64,000 nucleotides of DNA from an uncultured Phycisphaerales bacterium (GTDB taxonomy: Bacteria > Planctomycetota > Phycisphaerae > Sedimentisphaerales > Anaerobacaceae): positions 896,001-960,000 of the forward strand of contig OY970359.1 of NCBI GenBank assembly GCA_963718665.1, given 5' to 3'. Made by a program: the position numbers and the translations under genes. Positions 18,776 through 29,227 of this stretch are shown in pieces. Position 1 is the stretch's first letter, and each line of letters starts with the position of its first letter. The notes under the pieces are model-generated. The model was not told the DNA's origin and ran no database searches. It was given only the letters and a program-made list of their open reading frames with translations.

Positions 18776-20101
18776 ATGTTCGATAAAATTTTATCCACCC
18801 CGACCGCACAGGTCGGCAGAGTCGGAAGATTTGTGATTTTCCAGATTAAGCTCTGGATTCATTGCTTTCGGCTGCTCAAAAAAAACCGTTCAGGACAGCA
18901 GGCGGCTGCGCTATCCTATTACACAATGTTCGGCATCGTCCCGCTGGCAGTCGTGATGCTGATGGTCGTCCAGTTTTTCCCGGCTTATCAGAACGCCGGC
19001 CAGAACATCAAGGAAGCGGTTTACTCGCAACTGCACCTTTCCACAATTGAGTACCCTGACCCCGCAAACCCTAATTCCAACATAAAACTAACCGATAATC
19101 TGGACGCAATCGTCGCCAAAGTTTTCACCGGCTTCAATCATGGAACAATCGCTGTTTTAGGCGCGGTCTTTATTATTTTTGCGGCGTTGATGATGCTGTC
19201 AACTATTGAGGGGGCGTTTGACCAGATTTGGGGCGTCGGCAGAAGCAGAAGCATTATCCACAGAATCGTCAACTACTGGACTCTGTTGACTGGCGGCCCC
19301 CTGCTGCTCGTTGCCGCGATATACGTCGCCACGAAATATGCCGCCATCAGCCAGATACAAAAAACCGTGCTCTCACATACCGCCCCCGCCGTAGTTTCAT
19401 ACTTCGCTTCAGCCGCGGGATTTTTCCTGCTCTACTTGCTGCTCCCCAACACCAAAGTCAAAGTCCGCGCCGCTATCTGGGGAGCAATTGTCGCGGCGAT
19501 TGTCTGGACACTGGCCAAATGGGGATTCAAACTCTACGTGGTAAAATTCATTCCATACAATCAGATTTATGGAGCATTGGGACTAATACCACTGGGCGTA
19601 TTCTGGATTTATCTTAGCTGGTTCATTGTCCTCTTCGGCCTTCAGCTCACCTACACCACTCAGCACCTCAACACCCTCGATGCCGCTGAAATAGCCGCCG
19701 CCAGGAAACAGGAAGAATACTTTATCGCTAACGACCTGACCATAATGAATATGGTAGGCGAAATTGCCTCCGCCTTTAAGGCCGGCGACGGCGCGGTCGA
19801 AGCGGGGACAATTTCCGCCAAACTTAATATGCCGCCCGAATTCGCGGAAAAAGTCCTGTCGCATTTAGCGGCAAGGGGTATTCTGGCAAGGGTATCCGAA
19901 CCAAAGGACGGCTTCCTGCCCGCCAAATCCCCCGATGATATGAAACTTTCCGAAATCGCCGCCGCCATTTCGCTGGCAGGTTTCGGTCAGTCAGCCGATG
20001 CGCCCGCTGGTCTGCGTAAGGTCGCCCAGTCGCAGCAGGAAATGTTCTCGAAGTTTAATGTTACGCAGCTTATTGGCGGCAAAAACGACCAGATCGGTTA
20101 G
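18776..20101 (+). CDS. YihY/BrkB family membrane protein with C-terminal Rrf2-like wHTH
   Basis: AAALSYYT, IEGAFDQIW, YNQIYGALG, WIYLSWFIVLFG. Confidence 0.9.
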   Translation: MFDKILSTPTAQVGRVGRFVIFQIKLWIHCFRLLKKNRSGQQAAALSYYTMFGIVPLAVVMLMVVQFFPAYQNAGQNIKEAVYSQLHLSTIEYPDPANPNSNIKLTDNLDAIVAKVFTGFNHGTIAVLGAVFIIFAALMMLSTIEGAFDQIWGVGRSRSIIHRIVNYWTLLTGGPLLLVAAIYVATKYAAISQIQKTVLSHTAPAVVSYFASAAGFFLLYLLLPNTKVKVRAAIWGAIVAAIVWTLAKWGFKLYVVKFIPYNQIYGALGLIPLGVFWIYLSWFIVLFGLQLTYTTQHLNTLDAAEIAAARKQEEYFIANDLTIMNMVGEIASAFKAGDGAVEAGTISAKLNMPPEFAEKVLSHLAARGILARVSEPKDGFLPAKSPDDMKLSEIAAAISLAGFGQSADAPAGLRKVAQSQQEMFSKFNVTQLIGGKNDQIG

Positions 20102-20263
20102 GCAAAGAACAAAAAAACAGTCGGTGTGCCATACACCTGTCACACACCTAAAGATTACTATTGACTCTCATCCTTAATGCCTTGTAGTGTCTCACATTGA
20201 CGAGCGGACCTGATAGTGGTCTGAAAAACAGGCAAATCTCTTTTGTATGGATGGGAGAATTAT

Positions 20264-21685
20264 ATGAAAACGGCAAATCATGGCTTTAAAAATCCTTTTG
20301 CGTGGCTTCGGGCGATATGTTGCTTTTCGCTTCTGTTTGTTCTTGTCGGCTGCGGCGAAAGTACTCTTCCGCTTGCCAATTGGCTCGAAAAAAACGCTTT
20401 GAAAAACGGGACCATTTCAGCAGGTGCTGTCCGGATAACGAACTATAGCGACCCCTGCCTTGTGGCCTCCAGGCAACGACTGACGGATACCTTGTATGTG
20501 ATGGAAGCAAATATGACTGATGCAAACATAATGCCGCAGTCCTATATGTCAAATGAAAGCTCTTTCAAGCTTGGTCTGGTCCTAGGCTGGGCTAAAACGG
20601 AGGTTAATTCATTATCGTTACCAGACCTGAACGGAACGAATGACTTATTTCAAGCTATGACTAACGTTCAACCTAAGCCCACCGAGATAGAAATGGTCGG
20701 ACTAAGAATGGCAGCACGGAAATTTGTCGAGTCCGAGATAGAAGACCTTAACCTGATGAGCGTTTATCCGGTTGACTGCAACTATTATAAGCGGTACGTA
20801 ATCTCTCTCGACTGCACGGCGTGGGTATGTGGTAAAGCAAAAGCCGCCCTGGTTCTGATAGATTTATACCCTTACAATGCTGATATCTGGTGTCACGAAG
20901 AAGCCAATAACGTGTATTCTTTGAATAGTGACATTAACATGTGGAATAGCAATGGCGAGATAAAATGGGATGCAACCAACATAAAATGGAATGGTAAGTT
21001 ATCAATATTAGGAAGAGGATTCGATGGAAACTCTCTTAAGCATCTGACTCCTCCGATACTACTGCATAAAGCTGATAAAGACGCGATATCGAACTACATA
21101 GCTCGGTTACATGAGTGGCTCGCAGACAGCAAACTATGTCCGCGTATTGTTCTGGTTGAACGAATGGAGGAGGGCGAGTATTTAATTTCTACTCAGGGAG
21201 AATACTCGGGATACGGATTTCGCGGAGGCGGCGCTCTTCCGTTAGGAATGTCAGCCAGTGTGGAAGCTGAAGCCGAGAAGAAAAATGCGGTCAAAAATGC
21301 AACGGTTCAGCCATGTGATCTGGCTTTTGTAGCCGGCAATTCTCGAGCCGGCTGGCTGTTCAGACCCAGCACAAGGGAACAAAACAGTATGTCTCCCAAA
21401 GAGCGGCGGTTAAGAATGGTTGTGGATATTCCCAAAGGTATGACGAAAGTAGGTATCTATGTCCACAAACTTTTCCTGGATTCTGACCTTCAGGTTATTC
21501 CCAGCACGGATTTTTTGAACGAGGTAGCCAACCATTGGCTAAATCAATGGGCACTATTCCAGTCAGATTCACTATATGAAACACTAATGGAAAACGATCC
21601 GGCGCTTTACGGACTCATAAAAACACGCATTCGGAACTTGCTATCCCAGGGCTGGTCGGAAGAAATTGTTGCTGATATCCCTTAA
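20264..21685 (+). CDS. hypothetical lipoprotein
   Basis: lipobox-like LVGC; long ORF with atypical codon usage. Confidence 0.65.
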   Translation: MKTANHGFKNPFAWLRAICCFSLLFVLVGCGESTLPLANWLEKNALKNGTISAGAVRITNYSDPCLVASRQRLTDTLYVMEANMTDANIMPQSYMSNESSFKLGLVLGWAKTEVNSLSLPDLNGTNDLFQAMTNVQPKPTEIEMVGLRMAARKFVESEIEDLNLMSVYPVDCNYYKRYVISLDCTAWVCGKAKAALVLIDLYPYNADIWCHEEANNVYSLNSDINMWNSNGEIKWDATNIKWNGKLSILGRGFDGNSLKHLTPPILLHKADKDAISNYIARLHEWLADSKLCPRIVLVERMEEGEYLISTQGEYSGYGFRGGGALPLGMSASVEAEAEKKNAVKNATVQPCDLAFVAGNSRAGWLFRPSTREQNSMSPKERRLRMVVDIPKGMTKVGIYVHKLFLDSDLQVIPSTDFLNEVANHWLNQWALFQSDSLYETLMENDPALYGLIKTRIRNLLSQGWSEEIVADIP

Positions 21686-22308
21686 TTGATACCAAGCAAA
21701 CAGACGGCCTTGTAAAGAAAAAATAAACCGAAGAGCAGCATCGCGCCGGCACAGACCTGCATAACCCGCTGCTGAACCTTCGGCCCCAACAGCGTCGTGC
21801 CGTGAAAACTCGCGAAAGACAACGCCGTAACCCACATAAAATCGACTAACCAGTGAACCACCGCAAATAAAACAAAAGCATGAAGACCTAATTTGGTTGC
21901 GCTGGTCGCCAGCCCCAGCCCCACCGTCGCCCACCATAACAGAAAGTATGGATTAGATATGGTAAAGATTATGCCAGCCCAAACCGGCTTATCTTTCCTC
22001 GCCACCGACGCAGTGTTTACAGGATGCGAAGCCGTTTTGAACATCCCGTATGCCATATAAAGCAAAATAAGACCGCCCATAATACCAATAACGATTTGCG
22101 CTGATGTTTTCTGAAAAATAGTCCCCAGCCCCAGGATAATCAGAACCATCAGAGGAAATTCGACGATACCGTGGCCCACTGCCAGCAATGACCCCGCCCA
22201 TCGGTTGCGTGTCCCCATCGTAATCGCCGTCGCCGTAACAGGCCCCGGCTGCATCGCACCAGATATCGATATGATAAACACCTGAATTAAAAACAAAACC
22301 AGTGTCAT
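21682..22308 (-). CDS. LysE family translocator
   Basis: SGAMQPGP, GHGIVE, SNPYFLLWW. Confidence 0.9.
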   Translation of the reverse strand: MTLVLFLIQVFIISISGAMQPGPVTATAITMGTRNRWAGSLLAVGHGIVEFPLMVLIILGLGTIFQKTSAQIVIGIMGGLILLYMAYGMFKTASHPVNTASVARKDKPVWAGIIFTISNPYFLLWWATVGLGLATSATKLGLHAFVLFAVVHWLVDFMWVTALSFASFHGTTLLGPKVQQRVMQVCAGAMLLFGLFFLYKAVCLLGIN

Positions 22309-22366
22309 CTGTTATTTTGTTCTCGTTTTTTTGTGATGCGCTTTGCGCACCATTTTATAGGATTTC

Positions 22367-22456
22367 TTGTTTTGAATTTGTTTTTTTGGTCATTTGAATT
22401 TGTTTCGTATTTAGAGTTTAGGATTTCGAATTTCGGTTGCGGCCAAAGGCCGCCAA
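22367..22456. repeat. T-rich degenerate heptamer array plus small GCGGCC-AAA-GGCCGC hairpin
   Basis: ttggtca tttgaat ttgt ttcgtat ttagagt ttaggat ttcgaat. Confidence 0.65.
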
Positions 22457-22459
22457 CCG

Positions 22460-22875
22460 TTACTCCCCAATAATTTTAACCAGCACACGTTTTTTCCGTT
22501 TGCCGTCGAACTCGCCGTAAAATATCTGCTCCCAGGGACCGAAGTCCAGCGAGCCCTCGGTAATCGCGACGACAACCTCTCTGCCCATAATCGTCCGCTT
22601 CAAATGCGCATCGGCATTGTCCTCGTAGCCGTTATGGTGATACTGTGAATACGGCTTTTCCGGCGAAGTTTTTCCAGCCACGTCTCGAAATCCTGATGCA
22701 GCCCCGGCTCATCATCATTGATAAAAACCGACGCCGTAATGTGCATCGCGTTAACTAAGCACATACCTTCCTTGACGCCGGATTCAGCGACGCACTGCTC
22801 AATTTCGCCGGTGATATTAATAAAGTCCCTGCGATGAGGCGTATTGAACCAAAGCTCTTTTCGGTAACTTTTCAT
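22460..22875 (-). pseudogene. yjbQ: YjbQ/UPF0047 family gene with a 1-nt frameshift near 22665 (possibly an assembly error)
   Basis: [16 protein letters not shown] in one frame and [26 protein letters not shown] in another; junction CTT-CG-CCG is one base short of L-A-P. Confidence 0.8.
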
Positions 22876-22948
22876 AAGTCCGTAACTCCTTATAACAATT
22901 GACCTTGAAGACATTTTAGCAACTTTTTGTTTCCGGGCAAATATTATC

Positions 22949-22977
22949 TTGACAATGGGTATAGGTATATATAAACT
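22949..22977 (+). promoter_or_regulatory. sigma70-type promoter
   Basis: TTGACA-17 nt-TAAACT. Confidence 0.7.
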
Positions 22978-23046
22978 GATTAAAGCAACAGAAGAGACAC
23001 CCTTGCAAGAGGAGAAACATCAGGTCTTATTTGGATGGGATGAAAA

Positions 23047-26000
23047 ATGACTAAAACACACCTAATCGCATTCATGGCAATTGTATTTTTGAGTTTCGCC
23101 TCGTTTGGACAAGCGGCGACGCAGCCATGGGGTACGGCATTAGGTTCATTTAATGGTGTTACGAATTACTCGAACGGCATATGGACCTATGATAGTGGAA
23201 TCCATAATACGAGCACAGGTATCAATACAGGCTTGGAGTGGCAATGTGTGGAGTATGTCCAGCGATATTACTACATGCAGTACGGGATGGATCTCCTTAG
23301 TTTGAGTGGCGGATTGAATGCTTGGCAGTTCTTCGGTAATGCAGCAAATATGCACTTAACGGCCTATACCAACGGTAGTACAACGGCTCCGCAGATCGGT
23401 GACATCCTCTGCTTTAATCAGACGAGCTTATCAGGCCTCGGTCATGTCGCAATCATTCGCAGCGTTGATCAGGCAAATTCAGTAGTACATGTAATTCAGC
23501 AGAATGTAAAGAACGGTGATTCGAGTCCCAACGGATACGGAACAGATGTTGATTGGAAGTTTGCATACAGTGTGAGCGGTGGGACATACACCGTTGATGT
23601 TACTCTTGGCAATGTTGGAGGCTCTCGCCTTGGATCTGATTACTACTGCCAGGGATGGCTACGGAACGTTGTGGTAACGCGTCTACCTGCCCCGACGCTG
23701 AGTACCCCGGCCAACGGTGCGACGAACGTTTCCACCACAACAGCTTTCTCATGGTTGAACGTGAGCGGGAACTACGGGTATCGGATCATCGTCTCGACAA
23801 ACGCCGCAGACTTGACGACGGACCCCACGGCAACCGGCGGTAATCCAACCAACGGTTTCAACATGGACCTGACCACCTACGACCAGACCACTTATACCCC
23901 GACCAGTGCGCTCAGCGCCGGCACGACATACTACTGGGAAGTTCATGCCAAAGCCGGCAGTTTGGACCAAGCTGGCTACTGGAGCCAGGGTAACTTCACC
24001 ACGGCAGCGGCGGCAGCGACACGTATCATCAGTTTAAGTAATAATCTTACCTTTGGCAATGTGACGGTAGGTTCAACACCGCAGAGCAGTTTTACCATCT
24101 ACAACACTGGAAACTCGACACTGACGGTGAGCAGCATCAGCTATCCGAGCGGGTTTAGCGGCAACTGGTCAGGCACGATTGCGGCAGGCGGTTCGCAAGG
24201 CATGACCGTAACATTCTCACCAACTTCGGCGATTAGTTATGGCGGCACAGTGACGGTCAATTCGGATGCGACCAGCGGGACGAACACCATTACCGCGTCG
24301 GGCACCGGCACGGCCTCACCGACACGCATCATTTCCCTAAGTGGCAATCTTGCCTTCGGCAGTGTGACGGTAGGTTCATCGCCGCAAAGCACTTTGACGG
24401 TCAACAACACCGGCAACTCGACACTGACGGTAAGCAGCATCAGCTATCCGAGCGGATTTAGCGGCAACTGGTCAGGCACGATTGTGGCAGGCGGTTCGCA
24501 AGGCGTGACTGTGACGTTCTCCCCAACTTCGGCGACCAGCTATGGCGGCACAGTAACGGTCAATTCAGATGAGACCAGCGGGACGAACACCATCACCGCT
24601 TCCGGCACAGGCACGGCGGCGGCAACTCGCATCATTTCGCTGAGCGGCATCATGGCGTTTGGTAGCCTTGCTGTTGGATCGAGCGAGGGTGCTCTCCTGA
24701 CGATATACAACAACGGCAATTCAACGATGACGGTGAGCGGAATCAGCTATCCAAGTGGATTCAGCGGAAGCTGGTCGGGAACGATTGCGGCAGGCGGTTC
24801 GCAAGGCGTGACCGTAACATTCTCACCAACTTCGGCGATTAGTTATGGCGGCACAGTAACGGTCAATTCGGATGCGACCAGCGGGACGAATACCATCAGC
24901 GTTTCTGGCACAGGCGCGGCGGTAGACACGACGCCTGATCCGTTTACATTTGCGGCCCAGACCGGAGTGACATTGAGCACAACGGCTACGTCGAACACGA
25001 TTACAGTGAGCGGGATCAATGCAGCCGCGTCTATAACAATAACCGGGGGAACTTATTCGATAAACAGCGGAGTATACACGAGTGCAGCGGGAATGGTAAA
25101 TAACGGCGATACGGTGGCTGTCAGGCAGACATCCTCAGGCAGCTATTCGAGTACCACCAACGCAACATTGACAATAGGGGGAGTGAGCGGCACGTTCAGC
25201 GTAACAACACAGAGTGCGCCCGCGGATACGACGCCTGATCCGTTTACATTTGCGGCCCAGACCGGAGTGGCATTGAGCACAACGGCTACGTCGAACACAA
25301 TTACAGTGAGCGGGATCAATGCAGCCGCGTCTATAACAATAACCGGGGGCACCTACTCGATAAACAGCGGGTCATACACGAGTGCAGCGGGAACGGTAAA
25401 TAACGGCAATACGGTGACTGTCAGACAGACATCCTCAGGCAGCTATTCGAGTACCACCAACGCAACATTGACAATAGGGGGAGTGAGCGGCACGTTCAGC
25501 GTGACAACGCAGAGTACGTCCGTGGACACCACGCCGCCCACAGTAAGCCTAACTGCTCCCAACAGCGGGACGTTCTCGTTGGGAAGCCAGATGACGATTT
25601 CAGCGACCGCCAGCGACGCCAGCGGCATCAGTTATTGCTGCTATGCCCTGGTCAAGGGCGGCACGGTGCTTGGTATCATCTATCAGGACAGCGTCGGCGG
25701 CGGAATGGTCAATTCATACAACTGGACCGTTCCGGCAACGTTCAACGGCTACACGATCAATGGCACGGACTACCAGATTTTCGTGGAGGCATGGGACGCC
25801 TCGTCGAACCAAAATCATAACGGGGCTGTGTCCAGCGGATACCTCACGCTCCAGCCGGCGGCAATCCCCGCGCCTTCAATCAGCAGTGTGTCGCCACCTT
25901 CAATGCCGCCGTTGAACGCCAACCAGACGCTCACCATCTACGGCAATAATTTCCAGAGCGGAGCCACACTCACCTTTGTTCCGCCGGAAGGCGGCACCAT

Positions 26001-27231
26001 TGCCAGCACCGCCAGCAAACTTACTTTCGTTTCGAGCAGCCAGATAAGCTACCAAATCAATAACCTCAGCGATTCCGGCTCTTGGACCGTGAAGGTGAAC
26101 AACCCGGATGGCCAGTCATCCGGCACGGCGATCTTTACGGTCACCGCAGGGGTGCTGCCGCCACCGACCTGTAAATTCGGAAGCTTTGATGGACAGAATA
26201 ATGTTAAACTGACGTTAAAGGATTGCAGCAATAACGATGTGACGTTTGGTTTGACGGGCGGCGGTTATGGCGAGATAAATTGCGATGATTGCTCCTTCTC
26301 AACAATCACACTGTTCAATACTACCGATAAATCGACGCTGACGATTTCAACCAAAGGCAATGTTGGAACAAGCGTAGGCGATATAAGTTGCTCTGGGCCG
26401 CTGAAAGGAATTTCAGCTACAAATATCGAACTGGACGGCAGCATTACAATCGGCTCATCCTCAAATCCCAAGGCATCTGTAATAATGGTGTTTGACCAAG
26501 CCAATAACCTGACCATAAACAGTCAAATGCCAATACAGTCGATTTCCGCAACCGAATGGTTCGGCGGCTCAATTGACGCGCCATCTATCGGCAGTATTAC
26601 GACCAAGGGCGATAAAAAACGAAGTATAACAGGCGATTTGGATGTTGATGTAACAAGCGGAACTATCCAGAGCATCAAAACTGCCGGCACATTATCAGGC
26701 GATTGGACGTGCGATTCTATCAAGAGTATCTCCGCTACAGATATTGTCGAAACCAATCTGACATTAAATCAGCAGCCGGACGCAAAGACACTCGCTCTCG
26801 GCAGTTTAATCGCTAAGGGCGAGATAAATTCCAGTCAAATACTATCGCAAGGTAATGTCGGAACAGTTACCGCCGGGGCCATGATCGATTCAAACTGTTT
26901 TGCGGGGGTTGCGGAAGGTATTACTGGTTTGCCCGCAGCCGAGACAGCCAGTTTTTCTAAAACGGCTACAATCAAGAGCATAGCGATTAAAGGCATCAAG
27001 ACAGAGTCATCGCCGTATTATATTAACAGCAATATCGCCGCTGCGAATATTCTAAGTGCTTCCATTGTTTATCCGCAGAGCGACAATGGCGGTGTGCCTT
27101 TCGGCTTGTCTGCTGATAATATTAATAAGCTGACCATCAAAAAGACGGATGGCACCACTACTTCGCTAAAAAACCTTGGCAAATCGACGGATTCACAGAC
27201 GATAGACGGTGTTGAAATCCGCCTTTATTAG
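23047..27231 (+). CDS. large secreted modular protein: CHAP amidase, Fn3-like, 3 ASH/choice-of-anchor D Ig domains, 2 x 100 aa repeats, further Ig-like domains
   Basis: signal peptide; WQCVEYVQRY and GHVAII (CHAP Cys/His); repeated LxFGxV..NTGNSTLTVSSI..VTFSP modules. Confidence 0.8.
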   Translation: MTKTHLIAFMAIVFLSFASFGQAATQPWGTALGSFNGVTNYSNGIWTYDSGIHNTSTGINTGLEWQCVEYVQRYYYMQYGMDLLSLSGGLNAWQFFGNAANMHLTAYTNGSTTAPQIGDILCFNQTSLSGLGHVAIIRSVDQANSVVHVIQQNVKNGDSSPNGYGTDVDWKFAYSVSGGTYTVDVTLGNVGGSRLGSDYYCQGWLRNVVVTRLPAPTLSTPANGATNVSTTTAFSWLNVSGNYGYRIIVSTNAADLTTDPTATGGNPTNGFNMDLTTYDQTTYTPTSALSAGTTYYWEVHAKAGSLDQAGYWSQGNFTTAAAAATRIISLSNNLTFGNVTVGSTPQSSFTIYNTGNSTLTVSSISYPSGFSGNWSGTIAAGGSQGMTVTFSPTSAISYGGTVTVNSDATSGTNTITASGTGTASPTRIISLSGNLAFGSVTVGSSPQSTLTVNNTGNSTLTVSSISYPSGFSGNWSGTIVAGGSQGVTVTFSPTSATSYGGTVTVNSDETSGTNTITASGTGTAAATRIISLSGIMAFGSLAVGSSEGALLTIYNNGNSTMTVSGISYPSGFSGSWSGTIAAGGSQGVTVTFSPTSAISYGGTVTVNSDATSGTNTISVSGTGAAVDTTPDPFTFAAQTGVTLSTTATSNTITVSGINAAASITITGGTYSINSGVYTSAAGMVNNGDTVAVRQTSSGSYSSTTNATLTIGGVSGTFSVTTQSAPADTTPDPFTFAAQTGVALSTTATSNTITVSGINAAASITITGGTYSINSGSYTSAAGTVNNGNTVTVRQTSSGSYSSTTNATLTIGGVSGTFSVTTQSTSVDTTPPTVSLTAPNSGTFSLGSQMTISATASDASGISYCCYALVKGGTVLGIIYQDSVGGGMVNSYNWTVPATFNGYTINGTDYQIFVEAWDASSNQNHNGAVSSGYLTLQPAAIPAPSISSVSPPSMPPLNANQTLTIYGNNFQSGATLTFVPPEGGTIASTASKLTFVSSSQISYQINNLSDSGSWTVKVNNPDGQSSGTAIFTVTAGVLPPPTCKFGSFDGQNNVKLTLKDCSNNDVTFGLTGGGYGEINCDDCSFSTITLFNTTDKSTLTISTKGNVGTSVGDISCSGPLKGISATNIELDGSITIGSSSNPKASVIMVFDQANNLTINSQMPIQSISATEWFGGSIDAPSIGSITTKGDKKRSITGDLDVDVTSGTIQSIKTAGTLSGDWTCDSIKSISATDIVETNLTLNQQPDAKTLALGSLIAKGEINSSQILSQGNVGTVTAGAMIDSNCFAGVAEGITGLPAAETASFSKTATIKSIAIKGIKTESSPYYINSNIAAANILSASIVYPQSDNGGVPFGLSADNINKLTIKKTDGTTTSLKNLGKSTDSQTIDGVEIRLY
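24019..24915 (+). repeat. three ~303 bp intragenic tandem repeats (ASH-like Ig domains)
   Basis: TRIISLS...ASGTG module three times. Confidence 0.85.
24925..25524 (+). repeat. two near-identical 300 bp intragenic tandem repeats
   Basis: DTTPDPFTFAAQTGV starts at 24925 and 25225. Confidence 0.9.
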
Positions 27232-27523
27232 TAGCACGCAAATATTTTTGAAGACCTGCGTCGGCGGGGGTTTGTAAATACCCACGCCGACTTACTCCCA
27301 TTTCTCGACCAATCTGTAAATTCAATTGACCTGAACGGCCTAATCTGTCCGCCGAAGGCGAGACCTCGCCCGCCGCTATGCGGCGAGGCGGGTGTTAATC
27401 CGTGATTGTAAATTAGATTGACCAAAGGCATAAAATCGGTGATTATATTCCCGGGGTTTAACGACCTCACTTGTTGCGGAGGGGTTGTTAGAGCAACAAG
27501 ATTGTCTAATAAGGGCCAAACGA

Positions 27524-28123
27524 GTGGCATATAGTCAGCAGATAAACATAGAAGACGTAGTTTTAGTGCAACAATGGCGTAAGGGCGATGCCGCCGCCAT
27601 CGAGAAACTCGTCTGCAAATACCAGGGCCGAATCTATAACCTCATCCTGAAAATCTGTTCAAATCCCGACGATGCCGCGGAACTAATGCAGGATACGATT
27701 GTCAAATTATTAGAGAACATTGATAAGTTTGAGAGCCGAAGTGCGTTTTACACATGGGCGTTCAGAATCGCGGTCAACCTGACGCTGAACTACCGCAAAA
27801 GAAAGGCAACCGTCGGGTTTACTTCGCTGGATGCGGAAACGGCTTCGGACAATGAGCAGGCCAGGCAGGGTCTGGCAGCGATTTTATCGGACGATAAGTC
27901 ACCTGACCCCGCCCAGGTCGCTGAAAACAAGGAATTGTGCGACCTGATACAAAAAGGTATCGGTAAGCTTGATGACGAACACAGGACAATTATTGTGTTG
28001 CGGGATATTGAAGGAATGGATTACGAGCAAATCGCGGAAGTGCTGGGCACAGAGTTGGGCACGGTTAAAAGCCGGCTCAGCCGGGCCCGCGCCGCGTTGA
28101 GGCAGATTCTGGGGGCCTTATGA
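27524..28123 (+). CDS. ECF sigma-70 factor
   Basis: DAAELMQD, FYTWAFRIAVN, YEQIAEVL..GTVKSRLSRAR; GTG start inferred. Confidence 0.92.
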   Translation: MAYSQQINIEDVVLVQQWRKGDAAAIEKLVCKYQGRIYNLILKICSNPDDAAELMQDTIVKLLENIDKFESRSAFYTWAFRIAVNLTLNYRKRKATVGFTSLDAETASDNEQARQGLAAILSDDKSPDPAQVAENKELCDLIQKGIGKLDDEHRTIIVLRDIEGMDYEQIAEVLGTELGTVKSRLSRARAALRQILGAL

Positions 28124-29176
28124 ATTTTGAACAAAATCCGAAAATTGATGAGTTGCTGAACGGTTACATCGACGGCGAGTTGTCGGCTGATGAACGTTCG
28201 CAGGTAGAACGCCTTGTCAGCGAAAACTCTGGGATAGCACTACGTTTACTTCAGCTCGAAAAATGCAAATCGCTGGTAAGCTCGTTACCCCCTGCTGAAC
28301 CGCCCGCCGCGGTGGTCGCCGGGATTAAAGAACTGATTCGCAGCCATTCGGCGGGCTCACATAAATCCAAACATATTGAGAGACAACGAGGGGCACGACA
28401 CCTGTTCATTCGTCAAGCCCTTGCGGCATCGATAATCATCGGCGTCGTGGGTATTATGGGCGCGGTGGTGTATAAGATTGTCGGACCGGAGGAAACCGCC
28501 ACGCCAATCGTCGCGATGAAATCCGCACCGACAATTAAGCCGGCTGCGACGCCTGTAGTTGCGAAGTTGCCGGAAACGAAAAAAGAAGTTGTTGTTGCCT
28601 CCGCCGAGGACACTACGAGCGTCGGCATGTACTCGCTGCAACTGCAGACCGCCGATTTTGCCGCGGTTGATGCTTATGTAAATAAACTCCTCGAAGAAAG
28701 CCCCTGGCTGCGATACGAAGCGACGAAAGACCAGCCGGGCAAAAGCGAATACAAAATACTTTGCAGCAGAGGCGGCCTTGAGGCAATGATGAGCGATTTA
28801 GCTACGGTGTGGTCAAAGTTCGATTCGACAACACTGATTGTGCATACCGATAACCTCGGCCAGTATGTAACCGTCGCATCGGTGAAGCCGGAGCAGATTG
28901 CCGATATTGCCAGACAGGACACAATCGATAAACGCGTAAAATTAGCGAAGGATTTCGCGGTCATCAACAGCGTCTCGCAAATTATGCCCGAAGAAAAAAT
29001 GTTGGCCCTGACCGACCGTTCGCTCTCAGACCTGACCACTATCCCCAAGCCGATCCTGACCTCAGGCGATAAGAGTGCCGTAACCGCCCCCAAAGGCGAC
29101 ATGGGACAAGATCCAGGTCGATTTGAATATCGTCGTCGCTGGTTCGACTTCGCTCACCACGGGCGGCCACAAATAA
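28120..29176 (+). CDS. transmembrane anti-sigma factor; probable extra base near 29104
   Basis: LLNGYIDGELS, one TM, overlaps the sigma stop; read as-is the ORF runs 86 nt into pilT, while the shifted frame gives DKIQVDLNIVV..GGHK* at 29176 before a hairpin. Confidence 0.7.
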
Positions 29177-29227
29177 AAAACCCCTGGATGGCCGAGGGTT
29201 CAAACTGCCATAAATTGATTCAATCCG

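Noticed and set aside
20099..20128. Possible displaced lysE 3' end
   Set aside because: Similarity is short, low-complexity and not conserved at protein level
24925..25524. 300 bp repeat pair as DGR template/variable repeats
   Set aside because: Both lie in-frame in one gene, differences are not adenine-specific, and no reverse transcriptase is present
27344..27394. GC-rich palindromes as an RNA gene
   Set aside because: Short hairpins only, like those near 32605-32637; no tRNA or known ncRNA fold
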